This document shows positions 9,542-17,694 of a stretch of 64,000 nucleotides of DNA, in pieces (position 1 is the stretch's first letter; each line of letters opens with the position of its first letter). This stretch comes from Lentisphaerota bacterium. Lineage in GTDB: Bacteria > Verrucomicrobiota > Kiritimatiellia > UBA8416 > VGWI01. The position numbers were made by a program, and so were the translations under genes. The notes beneath the pieces are model-generated. The model was not told the DNA's origin, did not search any database, and saw nothing but the letters and a program-made list of their open reading frames with translations. The stretch lies in contig VGWI01000005.1 of the NCBI GenBank assembly GCA_016873655.1, positions 1,455 to 65,454 on the forward strand. Reading direction: 5' to 3'.

Positions 9542-11455
9542 TCATGCTTGCCCGGCCATCCTTCTTCTTATGCGCACGGCCACCCGTGGCAGAGACCTGG
9601 CGCCAGACAGAAAAAGCCTGACCGGTCTGACAAGGAAATACAGGAACGCCAGACATCCGGGCAGATTCACGGCCTTCCAGTCGCTGTAGCTCGGAAGAAT
9701 CGCCAGAAGGGACAAATGCCGTATCCGGTCCCTCAGCCGCTCCCGGATCGCAAGATGAAAACGCAGACTCCTGTCCCAGGTTGAGCCTGCCCCGGAAGGC
9801 TTTGCCATGCAGTGCAACACCCTCTCGGCAAGCAGCTCTGCTTCCGCGTCTCCGCCCGACGGCCATCCTTCAAGTCCAGGGACGCCGGCCACTCCAGCCG
9901 CCAGCACGAGCCCCGTACGCACGATGCGCTCACAACCGGCCGACCGCGCCTGCCGCAACACATGCTCGCCGTCAAGACGGTCGCGCCGCGACAGCAACCC
10001 GGCAACGTCCATCACCCACATTGCCCTGTCCCACTCGTGCTTCGCACCATGAATGCAGCATAGAAAGAGGTGGTCCTCAGGCGATAGCGACGGCAGTTCA
10101 CAACCGTCTATCATCACCTGACGACGGCGACGCCAGAAGACATCGAAGTCGGGAAACGGCATGAAGTGTCTCGACACAACTCCGCACGACAGCTCAACGC
10201 TCAAAGGACTGCGTTTCGACCGGAAAGACATTTCACCCGTAAGCCGCGCGTGAACGGGCATCCGTTCGGTCGGGAGACCCCCCTGCCAGACGTAGCCGCA
10301 GTCCTCCATCACTTTCCACGCGCGGCCCATCTCCCGCCGGTCAATGAGAATGTCAACGTCCCAGGAGTTGCGCAGGAACGGATCGCCGTACGCCGCGAGA
10401 GAAAGAACGGGACCCTTGAGCGGCAGACACCTTACCCCTTCTCCACCCAGCTTCGCGCAAATGGCGCCGGTTTCAGCCAGTATCGCCAGACTCCTCGCCT
10501 TCGCATGGAGGGCATCCACTCGAAGCGATTCTCTTGTTTCCGAAGGAACGGTCTTCCACGCATGCCGTCGGAGCCCATCGAGGAGTAACGGCTGAACCGC
10601 GTGACTTCTCGCAAGGCGTTCGACTTCACTCCAATCGGAAACCTGGATCTTCAGGTCATCGGCCCTTGCAGGGCTCACAACGCAGGCACAAGCATCAATC
10701 ACTGCGTCGAGTTCTCGACCCCAACGGCGCCAGCCCGGAATTCTCCCCGCCCCCGGATCGGCGCGGCCAGCCACACCGTGAAAGGGTGAATGCGGCGGGG
10801 CCAGGACCTCGAACGGAAAACTGCAGCGCCAGCGTCCATCTTCGGCCCGTTCCCATCCCACAACCCGCCGCCCTACCATGAGCTTCCGCGTTGAATTCGG
10901 CCCTTCCCCAAACCGGACAATACGTGGTCGGCGCCGAAAGAGCACTGCACGGCATACGCTGTCAGACAACGCAAGCGCACGAAACGTCCGCGTCACGGCA
11001 CGCAGGATACGGCAGACCGAACGCGCAGACACGGCCAGCAGGAGACCCGTCACCCCACCCGCCACCCGCTTCACTTCCTTTCCGCGCCAACGCTTCACCA
11101 CAAGCCCCAGCACCTGCGTTCGATCAAGCGTCCACGGGTCGGCGCCACAACAGGCGTCGCCGCGAGTGCAGAGCGACCCAGGAACCCCGCTGACGACCCT
11201 ATGAACCACTATTCCGCCGGAACCGGACGGCACGGCGGCCACGACATCGCCAACCCGCACTGGCTTGTCGGCGCACGGGATTACCTCAAGAAGGTCGCCT
11301 TCCCGCAAAACCGGGAACATGCTGTCACCGCGATGTACGCAAAAGAACGCGCCCGAAGGGTCCCCGGGATTGACGGCAAATAAACGCTCTCCCCCAGCCA
11401 CGCGGGAAAAAGACAACTGAACAGCGGAAGGCGGCCTGTATCCGCAGGCTTTCAC
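9542..11455 (-). CDS. fusion of a SipW-type (S26B-like) signal/leader peptidase domain with an uncharacterised nucleotidyltransferase (NTP_transf_5-like)
   Basis: The N-terminus has HRGDSMFPVLREGDLLEV...GIVVHRVV...TRGDAC..D, a Ser/His peptidase pattern. The C-terminal part has LKGPVLSLAAYGDPFLRNSWDVDILI, typical of the nucleotidyltransferase family seen in lasso/RiPP clusters. I chose the GTG at 11455, which overlaps the upstream stop (GTGA); the track start at 11533 would overlap by 82 nt. Confidence 0.7.
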   Translation of the reverse strand: MKACGYRPPSAVQLSFSRVAGGERLFAVNPGDPSGAFFCVHRGDSMFPVLREGDLLEVIPCADKPVRVGDVVAAVPSGSGGIVVHRVVSGVPGSLCTRGDACCGADPWTLDRTQVLGLVVKRWRGKEVKRVAGGVTGLLLAVSARSVCRILRAVTRTFRALALSDSVCRAVLFRRRPRIVRFGEGPNSTRKLMVGRRVVGWERAEDGRWRCSFPFEVLAPPHSPFHGVAGRADPGAGRIPGWRRWGRELDAVIDACACVVSPARADDLKIQVSDWSEVERLARSHAVQPLLLDGLRRHAWKTVPSETRESLRVDALHAKARSLAILAETGAICAKLGGEGVRCLPLKGPVLSLAAYGDPFLRNSWDVDILIDRREMGRAWKVMEDCGYVWQGGLPTERMPVHARLTGEMSFRSKRSPLSVELSCGVVSRHFMPFPDFDVFWRRRRQVMIDGCELPSLSPEDHLFLCCIHGAKHEWDRAMWVMDVAGLLSRRDRLDGEHVLRQARSAGCERIVRTGLVLAAGVAGVPGLEGWPSGGDAEAELLAERVLHCMAKPSGAGSTWDRSLRFHLAIRERLRDRIRHLSLLAILPSYSDWKAVNLPGCLAFLYFLVRPVRLFLSGARSLPRVAVRIRRRMAGQA

Positions 11456-12351
11456 CTGGAAGGCGTCCTGCTGATGGCTTGCTCGATGGCGCTCCAGAAT
11501 CTGTTTCGGAGAGTGACTCGGAGAGAGAAACAAGGCACAGCCGAGGCTATCGCCCGCGCGTTGTCCAGTAGCTGGAGCCTTATCCGCCTTGTCTCCGCCC
11601 CGCCCGGCGCCTCAATCGCATCCCAGGAAGCATCATACGCCCTGCCCAGAAGCTCAATGGATGCGTTCGACACCCCCACAGGAGCAACGCGGCGCGCCGA
11701 ATCCCGAGACATGAAGAACACCCCGGCAAGCCGCACACCATGCGACACGCGCCAGGCCGCATTCGACTCTCCCTTGAACAGACGGCTCCACGTCGGCCAC
11801 GGATGAGCCCAGTAACTCCCGTCCGGCGCCTTGACCACAAGCGCTGCGTCATCGCTCAAAGACCGCCACGGCGCTTTGAAACGCCTGCTGGCCGTTGTCT
11901 TGCCCATTCCGGAAACACCAGCGAGAATGACACCTCTTCCTCGCAACTCCGCAAGTGCGCCGTGAAGAAGCAGCCCCCCGGATTCTTCAGCATGGCGGGA
12001 GAACACGTAGGCAAGCGACATCGCCCGCCCGATGAGCTCTGGTTCCCCTTCGAACGCCTCAACATGGCATGTCAACCGTTCGGGACTCGGAGGCCGGCCC
12101 CTGCACGGAGCCGCGGACGCGAAAGGAATGTATACGCGGGGAGCCACCACGCGACACTGCCGACGGCCCGACAACCGGGAAACAGACGCCACGTCGAGCA
12201 GCAGATTCGCAGCCACGGAAGACCTCGGCCGCTCGCATCTCATTGTGCGGCACAGGCGCCCGACCAGCTGACCGGCAATGCCATCCGCCCCTTCAAGACG
12301 CCACACAGCGCCACTCTTGAGGCGCAAACACCGCCCGCTGGACAAACCCAT
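11452..12351 (-). CDS. HPr-kinase-related protein (ScmC-like)
   Basis: 299 aa. LHGALAELRGRGVILAGVSGMGKTTASRRF resembles the HprK/P P-loop region. It sits 27 nt downstream of the precursor gene. Confidence 0.7.
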   Translation of the reverse strand: MGLSSGRCLRLKSGAVWRLEGADGIAGQLVGRLCRTMRCERPRSSVAANLLLDVASVSRLSGRRQCRVVAPRVYIPFASAAPCRGRPPSPERLTCHVEAFEGEPELIGRAMSLAYVFSRHAEESGGLLLHGALAELRGRGVILAGVSGMGKTTASRRFKAPWRSLSDDAALVVKAPDGSYWAHPWPTWSRLFKGESNAAWRVSHGVRLAGVFFMSRDSARRVAPVGVSNASIELLGRAYDASWDAIEAPGGAETRRIRLQLLDNARAIASAVPCFSLRVTLRNRFWSAIEQAISRTPSR

Positions 12352-12378
12352 CTCGGCTTCCGTTCCGGCGGCCCCGGG

Positions 12379-12588
12379 TCAGCTTCCCTGGTTACCGGAC
12401 GCACAGGAACCGCTGGGAGGAACGTTGCCGCTCTTGCACTGGTTCACCTGCGGCGTGCTCCCGTTGCCACACACCTGCGAAACGCTGGTGCCATGACTGC
12501 ATTTCTGCATCACACCACGCCCGCTGGCCAGCCCACCCAGAGGCAGAACCGTCGGCTTCGCCCATTCCGGCTTCTGATTCTCTTTCAC
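12379..12588 (-). CDS. RiPP precursor peptide (69 aa, Cys/Gly/Ser/Asn-rich core)
   Basis: GTG start at 12588, preceded by AAGGGAGGA with a 6-nt spacer. Sequence: (M)KENQKPEWAKPTVLPLGGLASGRGVMQKCSHGTSVSQVCGNGSTPQVNQCKSGNVPPSGSCASGNQGS. It lies between the rSAM genes and the kinase-like gene. The track lists only a 111-aa version that overlaps the rSAM gene. Confidence 0.6.
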   Translation of the reverse strand: MKENQKPEWAKPTVLPLGGLASGRGVMQKCSHGTSVSQVCGNGSTPQVNQCKSGNVPPSGSCASGNQGS

Positions 12589-12625
12589 TGCTTGTCCTCC
12601 CTTGCTCAGGAACGTTCCTGCAGCT

Positions 12626-13717
12626 TCAAACCGTACCGCCAACACGGGTGCTCGGAAACAAGCCCTGCTCCTCTGCCTGCTCACAGAACCAGTAAGGCCC
12701 CCACATGCTGCCAAGCCTGTAATAATTCTGAGCCAGGCACGCCCCCAAGCATCTTGAATTCATGAGACAACGACCGCAGACGCCCTGCAGCCTCTGCGGC
12801 AACCCCGCGCGAATCTCGCCCAGAACGCGGCTTCCGCGCCATATTCCGCTTAGATTATCCTTCCCTGCCATTCCGAAAACAAGCTCTTTCACCTGCATTC
12901 CTATGCCGCACAAGGCGTAGTGGCCGGTGCTCAGAAGACCTAGTATCGTCAGTATCCCGCAACTTTCGTCTGATCTGGCGATCCGTCCCAGCGGACGGAA
13001 TGCCTGCGGAATGTCGAAGTGGAGCGACATCCTGGTCCTGGCGGCCAGATCCGAATCAACGATCCGCCCCGCGGCAACAAGCTCCTCTACGCCCGGCAAC
13101 GCATTGGCCCGACCAAGATCAGCCCCGCGCGCTGTCGGCTCAACCATGTTGAACCTAACGGACCCGGCGCCAAGCCGCTCAGCCATCCTTACCACCGCCT
13201 CGATCTGGCCCATGTTCTCGCGCACAAGAGTCATCACAACCTGGGGCGCCAGCCCCGCTTCCGACAGGTTCCTGACCGCACGGCAAGCCTTGTCGAATGA
13301 CCCGGCAATGCCCCTCAGCCACTCGTGCGTGGCGGCGTCTGCCCCGTCAATGCTCACCGACACAAACGGCCTTGGCGCTCCGGCGATCAGCCTGGCCGTC
13401 TCAGGAGTGCATAGAAGACCGTTTGTCTCGACCTGCACGGATACTCCAGCCTTCGACGCTATCTCGACAAGATCGCCGAACCGAGGGTGAAGCAGCGGCT
13501 CGCCACCGGTGAACTTGACCGACGACAGGCCCAAAGGCTTGGCTTCACGAACCACCCCCTCAAACACGTCCACGGGGAGAACGGCATGCCCGCTGCCGTC
13601 AGCATCGAACTTGGGCGCCAGCCAGCAGTGCCTGCACGCAAGGTTGCACCCTTCCGTGAGGTAACAGTAGATCGTCCCGAGCGGCGGCACGCTGCCGTCT
13701 TCAACGGCATCACTCAT
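12626..13717 (-). CDS. radical SAM/SPASM-domain peptide maturase
   Basis: CNLACRHC (CxxxCxxC) near the N-terminus. The C-terminus has Cys-rich SPASM motifs (CGILT...ALCG, CGRCLMNSRCLGAC). Its start overlaps the upstream rSAM stop by ATGA. Confidence 0.9.
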   Translation of the reverse strand: MSDAVEDGSVPPLGTIYCYLTEGCNLACRHCWLAPKFDADGSGHAVLPVDVFEGVVREAKPLGLSSVKFTGGEPLLHPRFGDLVEIASKAGVSVQVETNGLLCTPETARLIAGAPRPFVSVSIDGADAATHEWLRGIAGSFDKACRAVRNLSEAGLAPQVVMTLVRENMGQIEAVVRMAERLGAGSVRFNMVEPTARGADLGRANALPGVEELVAAGRIVDSDLAARTRMSLHFDIPQAFRPLGRIARSDESCGILTILGLLSTGHYALCGIGMQVKELVFGMAGKDNLSGIWRGSRVLGEIRAGLPQRLQGVCGRCLMNSRCLGACLAQNYYRLGSMWGPYWFCEQAEEQGLFPSTRVGGTV

Positions 13718-14850
13718 GGTATATCCTCCGGCCTTCCGCCTGAATCAAGGAAGCGCCTGAGACAGCCGTCGGGACTCGGCGCATTCACCCGCCGGCTCTG
13801 CGTGTAAGCCATGGCAGGACAGCTGCCCGTGCAGTACGGAGAATAGAGACACGCGCGGCAGTACTCGAAATCCTTCAACTCTATTGAAGATCTCGACCTC
13901 AATTCGGCGAGCACCGGACTGTTATTCCAGACCGCTTCGAGCGAATCTTTGTTGATTCTCCCCATCTCCATGTGCGCGAGCAGCACACAGGGGATAATTA
14001 CGCCGTCGGCACGGACAGCACATGTTGTGAAATGGCAACCGCACCCGGTCAGCCTCCCGCCGTCATCAAAGGTCCCGGCCCCGCATCCGGCGGCATCCAG
14101 CATCTTCCTCCACGTCAGGGCATCGGCAAGAGGCCCGGCATTGGCCAGAACCCTGCCCGGATACCGGCCCGCAATTCTCACAAGCGCCTGCATCGCCTCG
14201 GCGTGGAGAGCGGGATCAAGAAGCAGTTCGTCGGCGTGCCGCCGGCATGTTCCGATATACCCCGCGGAATTGGTCCCGAATCTCGCCAGCCCAAGATCTT
14301 CGAGAAGAAACCGCGCCGTCTCTTCCAGATGGCCGACGTTGTGACGACTGATGGTCACGCGCACGCCAACCGGAATGCTGTGCGACTGAAGACGTTTGAG
14401 CCCGGCAATCGCGGCATCGAAACTGCCCCGGCCCCGGGTCGCGTCATGGATCCTGGCGCATGGGCCATCCACGGAAACCTGCACCTGGTCACACCTGTTG
14501 GTCCGCGCAATGAACGCAGCCATGGAGTCGTCTATAAGCGTTCCGTTGCTCAGAACCGCAAAACGCATCCTGTTCTCAACCACCCCGCTGATGACTTCCC
14601 GAAGGTCGCCGCGCATGAAGGGCTCGCCGCCCTGGAGCGTCACCCGCATGACCCCGCAGCGGCCCAGCTCCTCAAAGAAACTCAACCATTCCCCGAGTGG
14701 AAGATCGTGATAGGGCACTTCGGGATTGTCGAAGAAGTAGCAGTAGCTGCATCGCTGGTTGCATGCGGCTGTTATCTCTACGTCAACGTACCTGGGGGTG
14801 CGTATCACGCGCATCCCATGCGCCGACCCCCCTTTTTCTCCATCGGACAT
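13714..14850 (-). CDS. radical SAM/SPASM-domain peptide maturase (second copy)
   Basis: CNQRCSYC cluster and C-terminal SPASM cysteines (GCGCHFTTC...PC, YCRACLYSPYCTGSCP). The ATG at 14850 is 2 nt after the PqqD-like stop. I rejected the 503-aa track version because it overlaps the PqqD-like gene. Confidence 0.9.
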   Translation of the reverse strand: MSDGEKGGSAHGMRVIRTPRYVDVEITAACNQRCSYCYFFDNPEVPYHDLPLGEWLSFFEELGRCGVMRVTLQGGEPFMRGDLREVISGVVENRMRFAVLSNGTLIDDSMAAFIARTNRCDQVQVSVDGPCARIHDATRGRGSFDAAIAGLKRLQSHSIPVGVRVTISRHNVGHLEETARFLLEDLGLARFGTNSAGYIGTCRRHADELLLDPALHAEAMQALVRIAGRYPGRVLANAGPLADALTWRKMLDAAGCGAGTFDDGGRLTGCGCHFTTCAVRADGVIIPCVLLAHMEMGRINKDSLEAVWNNSPVLAELRSRSSIELKDFEYCRACLYSPYCTGSCPAMAYTQSRRVNAPSPDGCLRRFLDSGGRPEDIP

Positions 14851-14852
14851 GT

Positions 14853-15143
14853 CTACCCCTCGGCACCCTCGGCGACGCCGAAGAAACCGTCGCGCGCGAG
14901 TTCGTCTGCGAAAGACAGCACTTCGCCGGACGCACCCTCCGGCACGTTGCTGAAACGCCGGGCAACGGTGGCGGCTATGTCCCTCAAGGAACGCGTGCCG
15001 TCGGCCTGCTTCCAGATCTCGACCCCAACCGGGTTGGTCCCGACCGCGGCGCTGGTGTCGGGATTGAACAGAATCGCCCAGTCGTCGGATTCCTCCCTGA
15101 GCACTACCACGGGGTTCGGCACGGGCGCGTCGTCGAGTTTCAT
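14853..15143 (-). CDS. PqqD-family peptide chaperone (RiPP recognition element, ScmD-like)
   Basis: 96 aa. ...ILFNPDTSAAVGTNPVGVEIWKQADGTRSLRDIAATVARRF......EVLSFADELARDGF is the typical PqqD/RRE pattern. It is the first gene of the minus-strand operon. Confidence 0.8.
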   Translation of the reverse strand: MKLDDAPVPNPVVVLREESDDWAILFNPDTSAAVGTNPVGVEIWKQADGTRSLRDIAATVARRFSNVPEGASGEVLSFADELARDGFFGVAEGAEG

Positions 15144-15390
15144 CGTCGGGCCTCTTACGCTGATTTGGACTCAAATCTGCACATTTCGCGTCTTCCATTG
15201 TCTCAACGGCATTTCGCTCTTGCAAGGCACTAATGCCGCCCTACCCTTGTGCAATGAACGGCGCGGCACAAGCATCCTGTCGGGAACCTGTCTCTCGCGG
15301 CAGCCATCTCTGCAGAAAGGTCTGAACTTGGCTATACCTCCACGAGGCGTGGGCTCACGCGGCGGTAGGGCCCGTTCAACGGACGACCCA

Positions 15391-17181
15391 GTGAAGGCGC
15401 CCGAACTCTTTCGCCGCCTCACACGCACCATCATGCTGGTCTGGAGGGCGGCGCCCGGATGGACGGCCTGCAACTCGGTTCTGCTTCTTGTTCAAGGCAT
15501 CCTGCCGCTCCTTACCCTCTACCTGATCAAACGCATCACCGACACAATCACAGCCGCTGCCACATCAGGCGGCGCGGATGTGCGTCAATCGGCAATTCTG
15601 ATCGCCGCCGCGGCGGGTGCGGCGCTGTTCGGCGCAATGTGCGCAAGCCTCGGCAGACTGGTCACCGAAATGCAGGCGCAGACGGTAACGGACTACGTTC
15701 TCGACCTCCTGCACGCCAAATCGCTTGAGACGGACCTGGAGTACTACGAGACCCCGTCATACTACGACACTCTCCACATGGCTCAGATGGAGGCGCCGTA
15801 CCGCCCTCCCATGATCGTCAACAACCTCGTCCAGGTCGTCCGAGGCGGCATATCACTGACAGCGGTCGCAGGGCTTCTGTTCGCGTTCCACTGGGGGCTG
15901 ACGCTTATCCTCGTGTCCGTGGCGCTGCCGGGCATGGTCTTTCGTTTCCGCCAGTCGAAAGACCTGTTCCGATGGCACCGCCGGAGAACCCCGACGGAAC
16001 GGAAGGCGAATTACTACAGTTGGATGATGACAACCGACGCGCACGCGAAGGAAAACCGCCTGCTGGGGCTCGCCGACATTCTCCGGGACCGCTTCATGGA
16101 ACTGCGCCTGGTTATGCGCGGCGAACAGCGCTCGCTGGCCGCCCGCCGGGCAGGCCGGGAACTGCTTGCGCAGACGGCTTCAATCCTCGCGGGCTTCGGA
16201 GTGCTTCTGTCCATGGCCGCAAGGGCCATCAAGGGAAGCATCACCCCCGGCCATCTCGTCATGCTCTACATGGCCTTTCAACGCGGACAGGGGTTCATGT
16301 CGGAAATGACGAACGGGCTCGTGTCGCTGTACGAAAACAGCCTCTTCATCAGTTCCTTCTACACGTTCCTGGACGTGAAACCGCGCGTTTCAGAATCGCC
16401 TTCGCCCGTTGCCGCTCCGTCGCTCAGAAAGAGCGAGATCCGTTTCGAGTCGGTGAGCTTCTCATACCCGGGGAGCGACCGGCCGGCCATTGAGAACGTT
16501 TCTTTCGCAATCCGCCCCGGTTCGCGCGTGGCACTGGTGGGTGAGAACGGGGCCGGCAAGACGACCCTCGTGAAACTGCTCTGCCGGCTCTACGACCCGT
16601 CCGGCGGCCTGATTACGGTCGGCGGCACGGACCTCCGCGACCTGCGCACGCCGGAATGGCGCTCAGGCATCGGGATACTGTTCCAGGATTACGCACGCTA
16701 CCAGCTCAGCGCGCGCGAAAACGTCTGGCTCGGGAACGTCGCCCTGCCGCCCGACGACATCCGCCTGCACTCGGCGGCGGCAGCCTCGGGCGCGGACGAA
16801 GTGATCCGCTCGCTTCGCGACGGCTACGACACGCAGCTCGGCAAATGGTTCGAAAACGGCGAGGAACTCAGCGTCGGCCAGTGGCAGAAAATCGCGCTGG
16901 CACGGTGCTTCGCGCGAGACGCGGACCTCTTCATCCTCGACGAGCCGACAAGCGCGCTGGACGCGCAAGCCGAGAACGAGGTGCTGGAAGCGTTCCGCAG
17001 GCTGGCGGCGGGGAGAACGGTGATCACGATCAGCCACAGACTCTCAACGGCGCGGTGTGCGGACCTGATAGTCGTGCTGGACAACGGCCGCATAGTCGAG
17101 CAGGGAGCGCACGACGAGCTGATGTCCTCGAACGGGGTCTACGCACGGCTGTTCAATCTCCAGGCCCATAACTACGCCTGA
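15391..17181 (+). CDS. ABC exporter, fused permease/ATPase (MsbA/MdlB type), no C39 peptidase domain
   Basis: Six-TM N-terminal half. Walker A GENGAGKTTL, signature LSVGQWQKIALAR, Walker B LFILDEPTSALD. The start is GTG 15391 or ATG 15433. The track fuses it to an antisense artefact (13972-17181). Confidence 0.85.
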   Translation: MKAPELFRRLTRTIMLVWRAAPGWTACNSVLLLVQGILPLLTLYLIKRITDTITAAATSGGADVRQSAILIAAAAGAALFGAMCASLGRLVTEMQAQTVTDYVLDLLHAKSLETDLEYYETPSYYDTLHMAQMEAPYRPPMIVNNLVQVVRGGISLTAVAGLLFAFHWGLTLILVSVALPGMVFRFRQSKDLFRWHRRRTPTERKANYYSWMMTTDAHAKENRLLGLADILRDRFMELRLVMRGEQRSLAARRAGRELLAQTASILAGFGVLLSMAARAIKGSITPGHLVMLYMAFQRGQGFMSEMTNGLVSLYENSLFISSFYTFLDVKPRVSESPSPVAAPSLRKSEIRFESVSFSYPGSDRPAIENVSFAIRPGSRVALVGENGAGKTTLVKLLCRLYDPSGGLITVGGTDLRDLRTPEWRSGIGILFQDYARYQLSARENVWLGNVALPPDDIRLHSAAAASGADEVIRSLRDGYDTQLGKWFENGEELSVGQWQKIALARCFARDADLFILDEPTSALDAQAENEVLEAFRRLAAGRTVITISHRLSTARCADLIVVLDNGRIVEQGAHDELMSSNGVYARLFNLQAHNYA

Positions 17182-17204
17182 GCCCGGAGCGCCTCAACGC
17201 CGGC

Positions 17205-17672
17205 TCATGGCCCGGCGGGCCGCACGCCGAGGACTTCCGCAAGCACCGCCGGATCGTTCCTGAACGGGGAGCCGCGCCCTTCATAGAATCCGTGCGCCTC
17301 TATCATGTGAACGGACAGGTCCGTGAACACGATCTCCCGGCCTGACTTCACGTTCCGGACAATCGTGTTCACCTTCTCGAACACGCCGTCGTGGAACGGG
17401 CAGGGTATCTTGCCACGCACGCCGGCTATCCTCACCACGTGGTCAGGCGGCACATCCACTTCTTCGCCCAGCCCGCTCTTTCCGGCCTCGCGGAGTTCCC
17501 TCATGCGGTCGGCAATCCCCTGATGGGTCAACCCGAGCCGCCGCACGGCCGCGTCGTCGTCGGACAGTATGTCCGCAAGCCTCCGCTGGTCGGCGCCGAG
17601 AAACCCGGCGGCGGATATACGCCCGGGCGCCATCTCGGCCTGCACACTGTCCATCTCCGGCGTCTGCTTCAT
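17205..17672 (-). CDS. hypothetical protein, sixth gene of the Rnf/Nqr-like operon
   Basis: 155-aa ORF beginning 22 nt after the NqrF-like stop. It contains a CPFHDG motif. I recognise no family. Confidence 0.55.
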   Translation of the reverse strand: MKQTPEMDSVQAEMAPGRISAAGFLGADQRRLADILSDDDAAVRRLGLTHQGIADRMRELREAGKSGLGEEVDVPPDHVVRIAGVRGKIPCPFHDGVFEKVNTIVRNVKSGREIVFTDLSVHMIEAHGFYEGRGSPFRNDPAVLAEVLGVRPAGP

Positions 17673-17694
17673 CGTCGGTCCCTCATGCAGGGGC

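Noticed and set aside
12589-12714. The first 42 codons of the 111-aa track ORF covering the precursor peptide.
   Set aside because: They overlap the 3' end of the rSAM gene (12626-12714). The internal GTG at 12588 has a strong Shine-Dalgarno, and the shorter form has a plausible leader plus core.
14851-15225. The N-terminal extension of the 503-aa track ORF for the second rSAM enzyme.
   Set aside because: It overlaps the PqqD-like gene in another frame. An ATG 2 nt after the PqqD-like stop gives a normal rSAM N-terminus about 30 residues before the CxxxCxxC cluster.
13972-15390. The N-terminal ~470 residues of the 1069-aa track ORF that ends as the ABC exporter.
   Set aside because: This part is antisense to the rSAM and PqqD-like genes and has no transporter features. 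The ABC transporter's TM domain begins just after 15391-15433.
15144-15390. An imperfect inverted repeat, TTGCAAGG...CCTTGTGCAA, in the divergent RiPP promoter region.
   Set aside because: The arms differ by a 2-nt insertion, and I cannot assess significance without a comparison set. I treat the region only as a probable promoter region.
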